Assembly (NCBI RefSeq): GCF_030684315.1
Contig: NC_081391.1
Location: forward strand, 20,420,629 to 20,484,628
Origin: Stegostoma tigrinum
Lineage: Eukaryota
DNA length: 64,000 bases
Direction of reading: 5' to 3'
The notes below the pieces were generated by a model. It was given only the letters and a program-made list of their open reading frames with translations, made no database searches and was not told the DNA's origin. Made by a program: the position numbers and the translations under genes. Shown one piece after another: positions 11,354 through 26,040 of the stretch (positions are counted from its first letter, which is position 1; every line of letters begins with the position of its first letter).

Positions 11354-13127
11354 ATGGCCTCCCAGGTGTATCAGAGCTACCACAAGGACTGTGAGGGTGT
11401 TGTTCACAAGCAGATCAATCTGGTGCTTTCTTTTTCCTATGTTTATCTCTCCATGGTGATTGTGGTGTTCTCTGGATTTATTTCAGATTTAAAGCTGTGG
11501 TCTCCTTGTATTGTGGGTGTAGGATCTCTCTACATCATTCAATTCATGTTAGAATCTTCTGTGGCCTTCCCCTGACCTTGAGAAGTGAATAATCTTTCAA
11601 TGGTTTGATCTTGGTGTATGACCTGAGAAGTCTGTTTGTTTTTCTTTTGTTCAATGTAACTGGATTTATTCTTTTGAATAGTTAGAGTAAGTCAATCTGC
11701 CCAGAGACCTGATCTCTTACTTCTAGAACATATGTGACCCTAGACCTCCAATCCCAGAGGGGGGAACACTCTCAATCTCTGGGTCTATTTGCTGTCAATA
11801 CGCTACTAGTAAGCTTTGTAAGTTCACTTCAGAGTGGGGAACGCTGTTCTGTGTTGGAAGGTTTCTTCACTGAAGCTGAGCCATTTTCACTTAACCATAT
11901 GGACTTTCAGAATGATGAGGTGTCATTTAATGCTTAATATTTGGAGTCAAGTATGAAATATTCATGCCCCCCCCCAACTTGTAGGAAGATGCTTGTTTCC
12001 CTTCCTTCCTGCTTTACAAGGAAAGAACCTCCACATATTCTGGTGTTGTTTTTGTTGTGATTGACAAGGGAGGCTTTCCCTTCCAGAACCTGCAGGCCTG
12101 ACTGAAGAAGCATTTCAGGTAGAGAAGGATCTTTAACAACAAACCCCAATGGGTTTCCCTGTTGACAATCCTTTCACTTTTACTGGGATGATGTTGCCCT
12201 GTGTCACTTTGCTGAGTTCTCATGGGACTACTCCTTGAAGGAATGGGAACATGTTGAGAAACTGATGGCATTCCAGAATGAATGTGGGTGTTGGGTCCTC
12301 CTGTAGGACATGAAGGTTGGGTTTAATGGAATGTGATCTTGTCCTGATGAAGACTTCTTCAAGCCTAGAGTATTATTTCAATTTAATGCTTTGGATACAA
12401 TCTCTTAGCTGTTGTACACTCTCTTAATGGGATGGAGGTCTTGTTGCTTTTTTCACTGGTTTCTTGCATTTTAAGTGATGTGTCTTGTCTCTTACCATCC
12501 ACCCCGACGCTGCCGCTTCAGAAGCCTGACCATGGCAATGGTCTGGAGGCAATGCAGGGAGCTCTGCAGATGGAGAACGATGTGAACCGGAGTCTGCTGG
12601 ATCTGCACAAACTCTCCTCTGATCACACAGACCCTCATGTGAGTTCCTCACTTTCTCTCTCCAAGAAGCTTCCTTGCCTTTCACTGCTAAATTCAGCAAG
12701 TAGGGCTGATGGCCTTTAGAGCAACAAACTACCAGGATGATTTTCAAATTACAGGAAAGATGAATGTTTCCAACCTGAAAGTGATCTGTTTGTCTACTCC
12801 TGGGGGGAGGGGGAATACAATTGTCTCATAACTGCCTCCTGCAGACTGTTAAATCTACAACAGTCCAAACTCATCACCAGAGTGCCCCTTTCCCTCAACA
12901 TGGCGGTGATTTGTTAAATCTGAATGGAGGGTCACTCCCAAATGTCTTCAATGGACTCCACTAACTTGTCTTGTCTTCCAGCTGTGTGACTTCCTGGAGA
13001 CGCACTACTTGGATGAACAAATGAAATGATCAAAAAGTTGGGAGATCACATCACCAACCTGAAGAGACTGGGAGCCCCTCAGAAGGGCAAAGGAGAGTAT
13101 CTGTTTGACAGGCTCAGCCTGAGCTGA
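11354..13127 (+). pseudogene. Ferritin pseudogene, copy 3
   Basis: Exons 11354-11455 (E27-equivalent changed to V), 12169-12315 (acceptor AG to AA, 22-nt inversion 12219-12240, TAG 12304-12306), 12522-12638 (9-nt deletion), 12982-13127 (1-nt deletion). TATA mutated to GTTTCAAT. Confidence 0.93.
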
Positions 13128-14229
13128 ATGGGGATTCAACAACTCCATCTGTTGCACACTGGTGTTCTAGTGCAAGTGCAGAGTGCACAAAAAAGTCAAT
13201 GAAAACATTTCCCATGTATCTGACTACACTTATTTGGCTGTTCATTATCTGATTATTAAATCCGTAAGGCTTTTTGCTCTCTGCATTGAATCAATGCGTG
13301 CCCTGGCAATTTTTGTTCAGTTTCTGAATCCAGAGCCAGGAGAATTTTTGAAGTGAGTAATTGTTGCGGAAATCACAACTGTTAAGCTTTTGGCTTGTTC
13401 GCAATGCTCACTATCTGTCTTGTCCTCACTGTGACAATTCTGTCAGAGCAGTCTCTCGTGAATAGCTTGACCAAAACTGCTCCACTCTGTCTAACTGTTA
13501 GCCATTTAACTGGTGCCCTGTCCCGAGCAATGCTCCAACTTTACTAAAAGCTGGGTTCAAACAAAATAGAAATTGCTGGGGTTGGGGAGTGGTGGGATAG
13601 GTACCGGTGAAACTCTGGATGTGTGTTGATTAAACCAGTTAATGGTTGAGCCTGGTGACTCCACAACTGAAATCTGTCCCCAGGTGCTGCCAGGCCTCAG
13701 TTTTGCCACTAATCTTCTGTTAACTTTACTGGTAGAATCTAAGCATTAAAAATATTCCTTTATTAATGAGACTGTAACAGCAATAGCATCTGGCATGCAG
13801 GTTGCTTTTCTTCCATGCTTCTTTGAGCAAGCAATACACCCCTGTTATAGTTTCCCAAGCTAAGGAATTGGATTTTCCAAGAAGACTCTACTGTAGGAGA
13901 CTGTGTGAGGAATCTGCTGTCTCCTGTAACAGTGTCTCCTATCCTCAATGCCCACCTTGTAGCGTGTGGGACAAACGTGGCATAGTTTGTGTTCTTGCTC
14001 CAGCAATCAACTGCTGAGGACAGCTGGTGCAATTAAAGCTACATTTGCAGAGAAGGGGATCCAGGAGCCTCTGGTTCACCTTCTTAATCTGCAGAGTTCC
14101 CTTCACTGCCTCAAGGCTTCAGTCGGGGGTGGGTCAGATTAGCAGAGACACTTCACTCCATTTGCAGAAAGGCCAACTCTCAGCAGTTCTAAACTTTTCT
14201 AACCCTTTCAGGGAAGGAAAGCAGTTGGC

Positions 14230-15075
14230 CGACAGCTGACTCACCACCCACACAGCAATGCAGCTGGCTATTTACTGTCAATCTATGAGTAAGGAAGAGG
14301 TACGGGATAGTGCCAGTGTAGCAGCAGAAGAGGGACTGTTCCACATATCAGACAGAAGCAGGCATAGCCCCTCTTACTATGGACACCCCAGTACCTCTAC
14401 GCTTGTATCCCTGCCACTCCCTCATCCACTCTGTACTCCCCATTAACCCCAGCCCGGTTCCCTACAACTGCAGGAACAGCTACACCATTCCCTGACCCCC
14501 TCGCCCCACCACCACATCCACCCCGTGTCTCCATTCAAAATAAAAACAAAAAAACCTTTGGCATCAGACACAGATCACCTGCACATGTTTCAAGTTCGTC
14601 TATTGTATCGGCTGCACCCAATGTAGCCACCATGAGGGAGACAGTTTCTCTAGAGCATCTGCGCTCAATGAGCAACAAACAACAACACTTTCCAATCACA
14701 ATGTTTTAACTTCCCCACCACCCCCAGTGACCTGTCCATCTTGGGTATCCTCCAGTATCACACCAATGTCATCGTCAAACTGGAGAAGTAGCACCTCATT
14801 CTGCCTTGGGAGCTTACAGCCCAAGGCACTAAATGTGAACCTTATTAACTTCAAAGTGTCCTCATCCCATGACCAATCCCCACCTCCTTGACCTGTTCAT
14901 CTTCTCTCCCACCTCACTAACCACTCACTACCTGCACTCACCCATCACCATCCCACCTACCTTCCCCAGTCCTGCTTCCCCCTCCCCATTTCTGAATGGT
15001 CTCAACCCGAAACATCAGCTTTTCTGCTCCTCTGATGCTGCCTGGGCTGCTGTGTTCCACCGGCTCCACACTTTG
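14230..15075 (+). mobile_element. Old degenerate Penelope-like fragment
   Basis: Residual similarity to the GIY-YIG region and the 3' terminus (CCCGAAACATCAGC...GATGCTGCCTGG). Duplicated at about 36250-37150 and partly at 42670-43140. Confidence 0.65.
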
Positions 15076-15290
15076 TTGCCTCTACCAGCACCCTTTGTCT
15101 TCCACCTTCGAGCCATTTCTGTATCCAAATGGATAATTCTCCCTGGATTCCATGTGATCTCACTTTGCTAAACAGCTTACTATGAGGAACATTGTCAAAC
15201 GCTTCATTGCAGTCCATGTAGATCACTCCCACCACTCTGCCCTCATCATTGCTCTTCATCACTTCTTCAAAATACGCAATGAAGCTCATG
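15076..15290 (-). mobile_element. CR1 LINE RT fragment
   Basis: ORF 15002-15289 reads ...VVGVIYMDCNEAFDNVPHSKLFSKVRSHGIQGELSIWIQKWLEGGRQRV, matching the CR1 RT motif YxDFxKAFDxVPH. Duplicate at about 37155-37366. Confidence 0.8.
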
Positions 15291-16252
15291 AGGCAAAACT
15301 CAATCTACAGTCATACCATCTGAATCCTGGAATCCTGTCCGAAATGGCATTATGGATCTCCCTGCTCCAAATGAACAACAGCAATTCAAGAAGACAATAA
15401 TAATTAGGGAAGTGCAATAAATGCTGGGCCAGCCAACAACACCTTCATCCCATGAGGTAATAAAAGAAAAAGCAAGATGTGATTACTTTCCCCAAGGACA
15501 GAAACTGGGGCCTTAACTTTTCCTTGGATTATAAATGCTACAGATGAAGAAATGGACAGCCACTATTCAAATATTTGCTGATGGCATTACAGCAAGTGGC
15601 ACTTTATCATGACAGTAGAATGTTTCAAACTACAATGGAGTGGGGAAGACTGGCTGATACAGTTCAATAAGGGGAAGTGTGAAGTTATCCACACCTGACC
15701 AAGAAAGATGAGTCAGAGTATTTTAGAAATGGGGACATCTTCTGCTGGGTTGTCAAAACTAATGATCAAAATGAAATTGAGACAAGTGGACAGAAATGTA
15801 TTAAAACAAGTGAAGAGATACAAAAACACTGAACAAAGAAATTAATTCAATGTCAGTCCTGATCTCAAAGGGATTTGAACACCTCTGGGTAGAGGTTATT
15901 TATGAAATTGTCAAGTTCTGGTTCAACCATCCCTGGAGATCTCATTTTCGGCAGGTTGGGCCTGAAGATGGTGCAGCAGAGAATTTCCAGAATCAACTCA
16001 GAGATAAAGAGCTGGTTAAATGATGATGGCAGCTTGCCCGAGTCCCTCAATATGGAAGGTTAAGAGATGGCGGTAATTGAAAGTTTTAAGACCATTAATG
16101 AACTTGACAGGGTAGATTGAGAGGAATTATTTCTTCTCAATGGGCCATCTAGGACTGAGCGTATGGAATGGAAATAGAATCTTCAAATTAGTGCTAAACT
16201 GTCCAGGATGATGTCAGAAACAGCCTCTTCACAGAAGGGATAGTGGATAGTG

Positions 16253-16278
16253 GACACACACACACACACACACACACA
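16253..16278. repeat. (CA)n microsatellite
   Basis: Direct reading; interrupted paralog at about 38331-38356. Confidence 0.9.
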
Positions 16279-17339
16279 CGTGGGGTGTCAGTTGAAGACT
16301 TCAAAATTAGGATCATTTGGTTTTTAGTCGGGTAAGATTTGATGTTGGCAATCTCTTTCTAATTTCAACACAAAAAAATGCAAGAAATGCATTTTGGTAG
16401 AAGAGACACGGAGACATGAAGAGATAATACAGGTTCAATGGAACAACGTCAAGGTGAGTACAGGAGCAGAGAGCCCTCAGGATTTAAAACTACAATTCCC
16501 TGAAGGTGGCCAGGCAAGATGAAACAGTCATGAAGAAGGCTTATAGGAACCTTGTGTTTTTAAGGAGAGCCCAAGAGTATAAAAGCAAAGAAGTAACGCT
16601 ACACCACTACACACCATTGGTCAGACCGCATTAGAGTATTGTGTTCAATTCTGGGCACTGTTTGTAAGGGAGGGCATTAAAGCCCTGGACACTGTGCAAA
16701 GGAGATTTGCTGGAATGATACCAGGAAAGATTTTAAAAAATTAGCCTTATCTCCTTGGAGCAGAGAAAATTAAAAGATGACCTGATTGAAATGTTCAAAA
16801 TTATGAACCATTTTGATACAGCCCTTCCAGCCTGCTCTGACAGTCCATATGATGAGTAACCCCTTAACTCAGTAGCATCTTCACACTCTCTCTCCATATC
16901 CTTTGATCCCCATAGCCCTATCAGCTACATCTAACTCGTCAAAACCTTCAGTCTTTTGGCCTCAACTGTTTCCTGTCCCAAACAATACAACAGACTCCCC
17001 ACTGTCTGGCTGAAGACATTTCTCCTCATCTCAATCCCAAACAGACTACTCTATATCCTTAGACAGTGACCCTTGGTTCTGGGCGCATTGGTCATCAGAA
17101 ACATCTTTTCTGTCTTTGTCCTGTTTGTTTCTGTTACAAATTTCTAGGAACTACCACCAATCTCCGACCTTTCTCTCCAATATCCCAGCAGAAACTGATT
17201 CTCCTTCATTGAGCACCTCTTGCAGTTGGTCACAACAAGCTTAGTTTAAAAAGAAAAGCTTTCCAAATCCAAATCTAGTTTTTTGTTCAAACTAACCATG
17301 ACCCGATAGAGAGTTCCGGCAGATTGGAGATTCTAAATG

Positions 17340-17621
17340 ACCGACTGCTGATCCAATCACAGAATAACCATCCAGACTTGACAACAATCTGCACCTCTGA
17401 TCAGCTCTGCCTCATACACTCACACCCTCTCTCTAATTGGTGGGAAGGCAGAGGTGGGGCTAAATTCATGGGAGATTCCTTATCGGCTTTCAGGGATTGT
17501 CAGTCATCATTGGTGATCCCTCGTTGAACATAGGATGTCCCAGGAGTATAAATACTAGTGCTTATAGCACAAAGACTTAGTATGAGACTTATCTCGGTGA
17601 TAGTGAGCAGGAATAGTGAAG
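17340..17621 (+). promoter_or_regulatory. Ferritin copy 4 promoter/5'UTR
   Basis: TATAAAT at 17547-17553, 75 nt before the ATG; TTGTCAGTCA decamer and ATTGG upstream. The distal part is homologous to the copy 8 promoter. Confidence 0.7.
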
Positions 17622-19769
<2,148 letters not shown>

Positions 19770-20940
19770 GTGGCAGTTTGGAATTGCTTCACTATTGTAC
19801 ATGAAAGCAGAATTATTTGTATCGGTTTCTCTATTGCTGCATGTGGAAATAAAATATTCACTCAACTAGGTTTTCCTGTGTAACTAATTCCTAGACTGAC
19901 CATCAAACATTTACCTCCCTTCGTTCAGTGCTACATTTTTATTCCCCCCCATGATGTGGCTACAGTGAAGTACAAGGCAGGGGTCTGAATGTAGGCCATC
20001 AGCTTCCTTGACTCCTGTCTGCCATTTAATACAATCCTGCAGGTCTTCCTTCCACACCACTGGTGCATCTGCCTTTTTCTCAGCTCCTGCAAACCTGACT
20101 GCACATCTGTCTCTTCCTTTAATTGGTTCAGCTTTCTTTTCATTCAGGGGCCACTGCATTCCAGCCTAACGAATGCCGGTGCATGACCCTGTGCGGGAGG
20201 TTAAACCTCTCCTCTGCCATAAACTGGCTCGGGTATCCCTTAACTTGAGCCACAAGGCTCTAACTGGCCAATCTGCTTGCATATCTTGCTTAACAATGGG
20301 AGTTAAGATCATCCTTCTGAAACTTTGGCGAGTAAGAGTTGAAATGAGGGAGATGAAAGAGTGTTTTTTTTTTCTGAAAAAAACCCTGCTTACTCTGAGG
20401 AGAGTTTAGATTACGTTACTCTCAGGGGGGCAGTGCACAATACTCTTGCCGCTCTATCAGCCTCCACACTCTTATCCTTTAGTAATAAAAGCAAAGGGAA
20501 ATGCTTAATATCTCAATCGGAGCTTTGATCAATTCATGCCTGAAGGAAGCCAGGTTTCTCTTGTATTGGAGCACTTTGACGTTTTATTTCACCCCATTTA
20601 GAATACAAGCTGCTTCCTTTTACTGGCCTAACTCCATGTCCTCACTCTATCGGTCAAGGACATGAGTCGAAAGGGTGGGCTTTTTATGACAACAGCTTTG
20701 TGGTCTTTGTTAGACTAGTTCCAAAGTAGCTGAAATGAATGCCAAGTTGCAGTATAATTCATAGCTGACTTTCTGCATTAACCATTTAATGATAATGTCA
20801 TTAGCTTGTGACCACAGTCTTTGTTCGGATCTGTGGGGCATTTCCAAGCGTTGCAAGTGGAACTGAAGAATTGTGGATGTTGACAACCTGGAGACAAAAC
20901 AGATTTATGGGAGAAACTCAGCTAGTCCGCTAGCATCCAT

Positions 20941-20961
20941 AGAGAGAGAGAGAGAGAGAGA
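20941..20961. repeat. (AG)n microsatellite
   Basis: Direct reading. Confidence 0.85.
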
Positions 20962-21439
20962 CACCGAGTAAGCATTTCAAGTACAGTGACGCTTCAGAAC
21001 ACAGTTGAATGTTTCCTCTGCTCTTGATCCCCATCTGTCTCTGTCAGCTGCAATGTTAAGTAGTGACAGATCAGGAAGGGCCTTGTGACCGCATTCAGGG
21101 TCTGGGACAAATCTGCTTCAGGCTCACTCTGCAAGGGCGTGGGGGACAGCGTGTAATTCAGGTGTTTATAAATAAGATTGGCAGCAACCCTCCAGGATTG
21201 CCAAAAGTTCTAATCATTTCGCAGACATTAACTGTGAAACATCTTTGACCAGGGCGACATCTGATTCCTTGCTGCTGGCAACTTTACTCATCAAGCCCTA
21301 AGCTTCATTAATCTCCAGTCAATGCAGAAATGCATGTGTTACTTAGTCAAAATACTTATCACCCCAAACAGCAAACTGATACACACTGACTGTGGACTCT
21401 CCGAAACAGGTCGGTATCTGACTGTCGATCGGCAATTTG

Positions 21440-21700
21440 TGTGTAACCTGGTGTCAAGGATGGGCTATTACATTTCTTCACCAAGACAGTGGGAGAGCCT
21501 GTGGAATCTGCAACCACAGTACACAGTTGAGACCAAAGCATTGATTTCAAAGAGTTGGATCTAGTGCTTGGGGCTAAAGGGATCGAACGATATGGAGGGA
21601 AAGCAGGAACACACTGTTGGGTTTGCTGGGATCAGCCATGATCGTATAGAATGGTGGAGCAGGCTCAAACGGCTGAATGGCCTCCGCCTGCTCTTGTGTT
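21440..21700 (+). mobile_element. CR1-type 3' end fragment
   Basis: GGGATCAGCCATGATCGTATAGAATGGTGGAGCAGGCTCAAACGGCTGAATGGCCT tail, similar to 46490-46765. Confidence 0.6.
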
Positions 21701-22576
21701 CTAGGTTTCAAAGTTTCTGTCTCTTCCCCACAGGGTCCTCTGACGTCCATATATTTCCATGTGACATTGACAGAAGAATAAAGATCTATATCACGCTACC
21801 TGATTGCTGTTAGTCGGCACGATAATACCAAAAACAGGCAGAATATTATCAACAACACCAATAAAATAACTGGACAAGACTAGGTGACAGTTCAATGTGA
21901 GGAAAAGCAAACTTTGCACCAAGATAAATGAGAGTTTTTTCAATGCAACAGAGCTAGAAACTGAAGAAAAGCACAGAGTTAGGAAACCATGTGTAGAAAT
22001 GACATAAAAACTCACAGCCTGCAGCAAAATTGAACTGAAAAGGCACACAGCAGTTTAGTCATTATCTCGACGGAGGGAGAGGACTAGAATGTACAGGCTA
22101 TGTCAATATTATATGCAGTACAGAATATACTATATGTGGAGTATATTACTCTGATTTTGGCCCTGGAGTGAGTTTTGTTTCAGTCATTTCATAGAATATG
22201 GCTGTTGCTGATGATGCCAACCACTGATATCCATTCGTAATTGCTGTTAGGCCGAGTGGCCTGACCCCATTCCAGAAGCAAGATAAAAGTCAACACATTG
22301 CTCTTGGTCCCCAGTCACCTTCAGGCTTCCTTCAGCTCCTGGGGCCAATCACAGATTTGCTGCCATTTCAAAACTGTGATTGGCTCTGAGTATCTCACTC
22401 CACCCCATTCCCCTCATTGGTGCCTGGATGCATGCCAATTCCTCATTGGCTGTCATCATTGGTGGTGTCATTCCCTGGTTGATTGCAGGATGACCCAGGA
22501 GTATAAAGAAAAGAGTTCATAGGAAAGGAGCTCAGTTCTGGAGGTGTTGAGGTGATAGTGAGCAGGAGTAGTGAAG

Positions 22577-24812
22577 ATGGCTTCCCAAGTGTGTCAGAAC
22601 TATCACAAGGACTGTGAGGATGCTGTTAACAAACAGATCAACCTGGAGCTCTATTCCTCTTATGTTTACCTCTCCATGGTGAGGCTTGATTGTCTCATTT
22701 TCCAATGAAGACAATGCATTTAATGTAATTCTGATAATACCTGGAAATTCTCTTGTTTAATAAGCAGAGTGTTGAAATGTAAATTACTCCTTCTGTGAGT
22801 GTGGTTCTCTTTGGCTGGGTATCATACTCATTAGAATCTATGTAATGTCGATTATAGGTCACTTGTCCAAATGAGTCCATCTGACGAGCATCCCACCTAC
22901 CCTACCCCTGTGACCCTGCACTTCCCATGGCTAACCCACCTAACCTGGCCCCTATGGGCAATTTAGCATAGCTGGTCAACATCATCTGCCCATATATGGG
23001 CAGTGAAAGGAAACCCACATCTTTGGAGAGAATGTGTGAACTTCACATGCACAGTTTTAATCAGACCCTGGTCCCTGGCACTGTGTGGCAGTAGTGCTAA
23101 CTGCTGAGCCTTACTGCACAATTGGTTAGCATCCTCCTCTGTCTTTTATGTTCTGAAGTGTATGGTGTCAGGAAAAGTCTAATGTTCATGTCCATGTTTA
23201 ATACTGGATGTTTCCATGAAGCAATTACAGTATTAGATTATATTTTAGTCTCTAATTATTGGGTTCCTTTTGGGGGAGGAGCTAGTGTTGCTGACTTGAG
23301 TAGGGTGGTGGGGGAAGGAGGAGAGGAATGTTTGTCTGGAGATGATGTGTAACATCAATGCTGTGATCAATTGTCACCTGTTTATTTTTTAAGTGACTTG
23401 TGATACAGTCAGTTGTTAAATAGCTTACTATTTTACTCTTTTAGCTGGTGATGAAATTTTAGTCTTGCCTTCTGTTCCCTTCTGCTTACAGTTCTCTTAC
23501 TTTGACCGGGATGATGTTGCCCTGCGTCACTTTGCTGAGTTCTTCAAGGAGCAGTCCCATGAGGAACGGGAACATGCTGAGAAACTGATGGCATTCCAGA
23601 ATAAACGTGGTGGCTGTGTTCTCCTGCAGGACATCAAGGTTGGGGTCTATCTCATAATAAATGCAAATTGTATAGTTTCCTGCTTGTACAATGGCCTTGC
23701 TGTTCTAGACTCCCCTCAACTTATTGTGTTCAGATCAGTGAAGTGACTTGATAGAAAGTCTCTGCTTGATGTGAGTTGGTTTTGCTAATTCTCTGCTTTT
23801 CTGAAAGATCAACAAATCAGAATGAAAGGGTTTTAGCACTGAACTTGCCCAATTGACAGTTTAGACTGATACATTGCTGTTGACTAGCCTGAATACAGGT
23901 AATTTTATCCCACTGTTTCAGTCAGTTTTTGTCCTAATCTGTCTGCAGTTCCTAATGATGGATCAAATGTCTGATAATGGTCTCCATGATCTTCTGCGAA
24001 TTGTGAATTATTTCTAATCCTTAGTTTGGATTTGGCACGGATTACCATATGTCTTCATTTTCTTGCCTTCGTATGAGTCTTGGACCTTCTCACATCACTA
24101 ATGACTGTCTTCTCCCTCCAGAAGCCAGAGCAGGATGAGTGGGGCAATGGTCTGGAGGCAATGCAGAGAGCTCTGCAGATGGAGAAGGATGTGAACCAGA
24201 GTCTGCTGGATCTGCACAAACTGGCCTCTGGCAACACTGACCCTCATGTGAGTTCCTGATGGGATGAATGTCTCAAGGAAGCTCAAGGTGACATGGGAAT
24301 CTGCTATTCCTGTTGTACAAGCATAGGCTTGCTATTGTCCCAGTGTTTGAGACCAGTAGCCATCCTGAACATAGATGTCAGTCACTGATATGTGCTTAGC
24401 TGACTTGGTGAGAGGCGTAAGTGTTTAGAACTTTCACCCAATTCAGTGAAATGGCAGTTTGACCCCTGTGGGTAAACTTAGGTTTCTGTCAGCATTTCTG
24501 CATTTGCAAAGTTGCAAATAAAGCTATTTCAGTGTGTTCATTGTTTCTGGAGAGCAAGCTGCTGTCAAATACCAGCACTTGTACACACTTATATCACTGC
24601 AAAAGTGCAATGGTGTGATTGTTGATGTGTCTGCTCTAACATTACATTCTGGCTCCTTGTTCCAGCTGTGTGACTTCCTGGAGAGGCACTACTTGGATGA
24701 GCAAGTGAAGATGATCAAGAAGCTGGGAGATCACATCACCAACCTGAAGAGACTGGGAGCTCCTGACAATGACATGGGAGAGTACCTGTTTGACAGGCTC
24801 TCACTGAGCTGA
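22577..24812 (+). CDS. fth1: Ferritin heavy/middle-subunit-like, copy 5 (intact, 173 aa)
   Basis: Exons 22577-22678, 23492-23638, 24122-24247, 24666-24812; GT-AG; TATAAA at 22502, 75 nt upstream. Family-level symbol. Confidence 0.93.
22880..23112 (-). mobile_element. Degenerate V-SINE (HE1-like) in intron 1 of copy 5
   Basis: Similar to 2405-2696 (CCCATGGCTAACC, GGAGAATGTGTGAACT, GGCAGTAGTGCTAACTGCTGAGCC). Confidence 0.6.
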
Positions 24813-25588
24813 GTGGGGTTATAGAAGAAATTGGTCCATTTGTGACTTAATTCTGATGCCCACTTTGCCTTTTTCTGTCTGCCATTCCAAATGGAAATAC
24901 AAGTCTTTGTGGAACTGGATTTTGGATCTTTGTTTTTTAAACGACCTAAATTACCAACAGCTAACCAGGAAACTTGACTGAAAAAATCCACAATAGTCAT
25001 GTCACTCACTTCTATATCTTCCTCCAAAGGTAGCATAAATTGTATGCACATATGGAACATACACTTTTTATGGCAAATTTGTAAATGAGGCGTTTCCCCT
25101 TTCCTTTTTAGTGTTACATTAGCCTTCCAGGTGTGTACCGCTCAGTGACATGACTTTATTCTCTGGACGACATTAGACACTAGGTGCTTCCTCTGCCCTT
25201 CTTCCAACAGCAGCAAGGGTCAAGCGAACTCTCTCGAAGTTTGCCGACTGCAAAGGTTCCCCACCACCACCACCCCCCAACCCCCATCTGCAGCTTGTGG
25301 ATTTGTTTTGTTTCTTTCGGGGACTGAGGTTTAGCAGATGAATGATGTAAAGGAAGCAGAGTTGGATTCGAAGCGTTTTTTGTATTCCTTCTTTCTTCTT
25401 CAACACCACCACCCCCCACCATTTCCACCTGATTTCTCATTACTTCTTACTTCCTCCTACCCTTCCATCCCTCCCAATAGCTTTATATGCACAGCAGCCA
25501 ATCATTGTTTGAGTCATTTCTTTTCGTCTTGTTTGTCTGAAGTGAAGCTCTCAGCAGGGGAACAGGGTACAGATAATGCTGAGGAGGA

Positions 25589-26040
25589 GTGGATGCTTTG
25601 GAGAGGGTTCAGAGGAGGTTTACCAGGATGCTGCCTGGACTGGAGGGCTTATTTTAAGAAGAGAGGTTGACTGAGCTCGGACTTTTTTCATTGGAGAAAA
25701 GGAGGAGGAGAGGGGACCAAAGTGAGGTATACAAGATAGTGAGAGGCACAGATAGAGTTGATAGCCAGAGACTATTCCCCAGGGCAGAAATGGCTAACAC
25801 GAGGGGTCATAGTTTTAAGCTGGTTGGAGGAAAGTATAGAGGAGATGTCAGAGGCGGGTTCTTTACACAGTTGTGAGAGCATGGAATGCGTTGCCAGCAG
25901 CAGTTGTGGAAGCAAGGTCACTGGGGACATTTAAGAGACCGCTGGACATGCATATGGTCACAGAAATTTGAGGGGACATACATGAGGATCAATGGCCGGC
26001 ACAACATCGTGGGCTGAAGGGCCTGTACTGTTCTCACGTT
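25589..26040 (+). mobile_element. Young 5'-truncated CR1 LINE 3' fragment
   Basis: ORF 25667-25876 (ELGLFSLEKRRRRGD...LFPRAEMANTRGHSFKL) is a typical CR1 ORF2 C-terminus; tail GGGCTGAAGGGCCTGTACTGTTCT. Absent from unit A at about 7570. Confidence 0.85.

Larger units (their letters stand above)
6665..17262 (+). repeat. Segmental duplication unit A (exon 4 of copy 2 through pseudogene 3 and its downstream flank)
   Basis: Colinear with 24658-39340: same 3' flank, truncated PLE, CR1 remnants, pseudogene, degenerate PLE and CA repeat. The ORF track shows matching peptides in both units. Confidence 0.9.
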
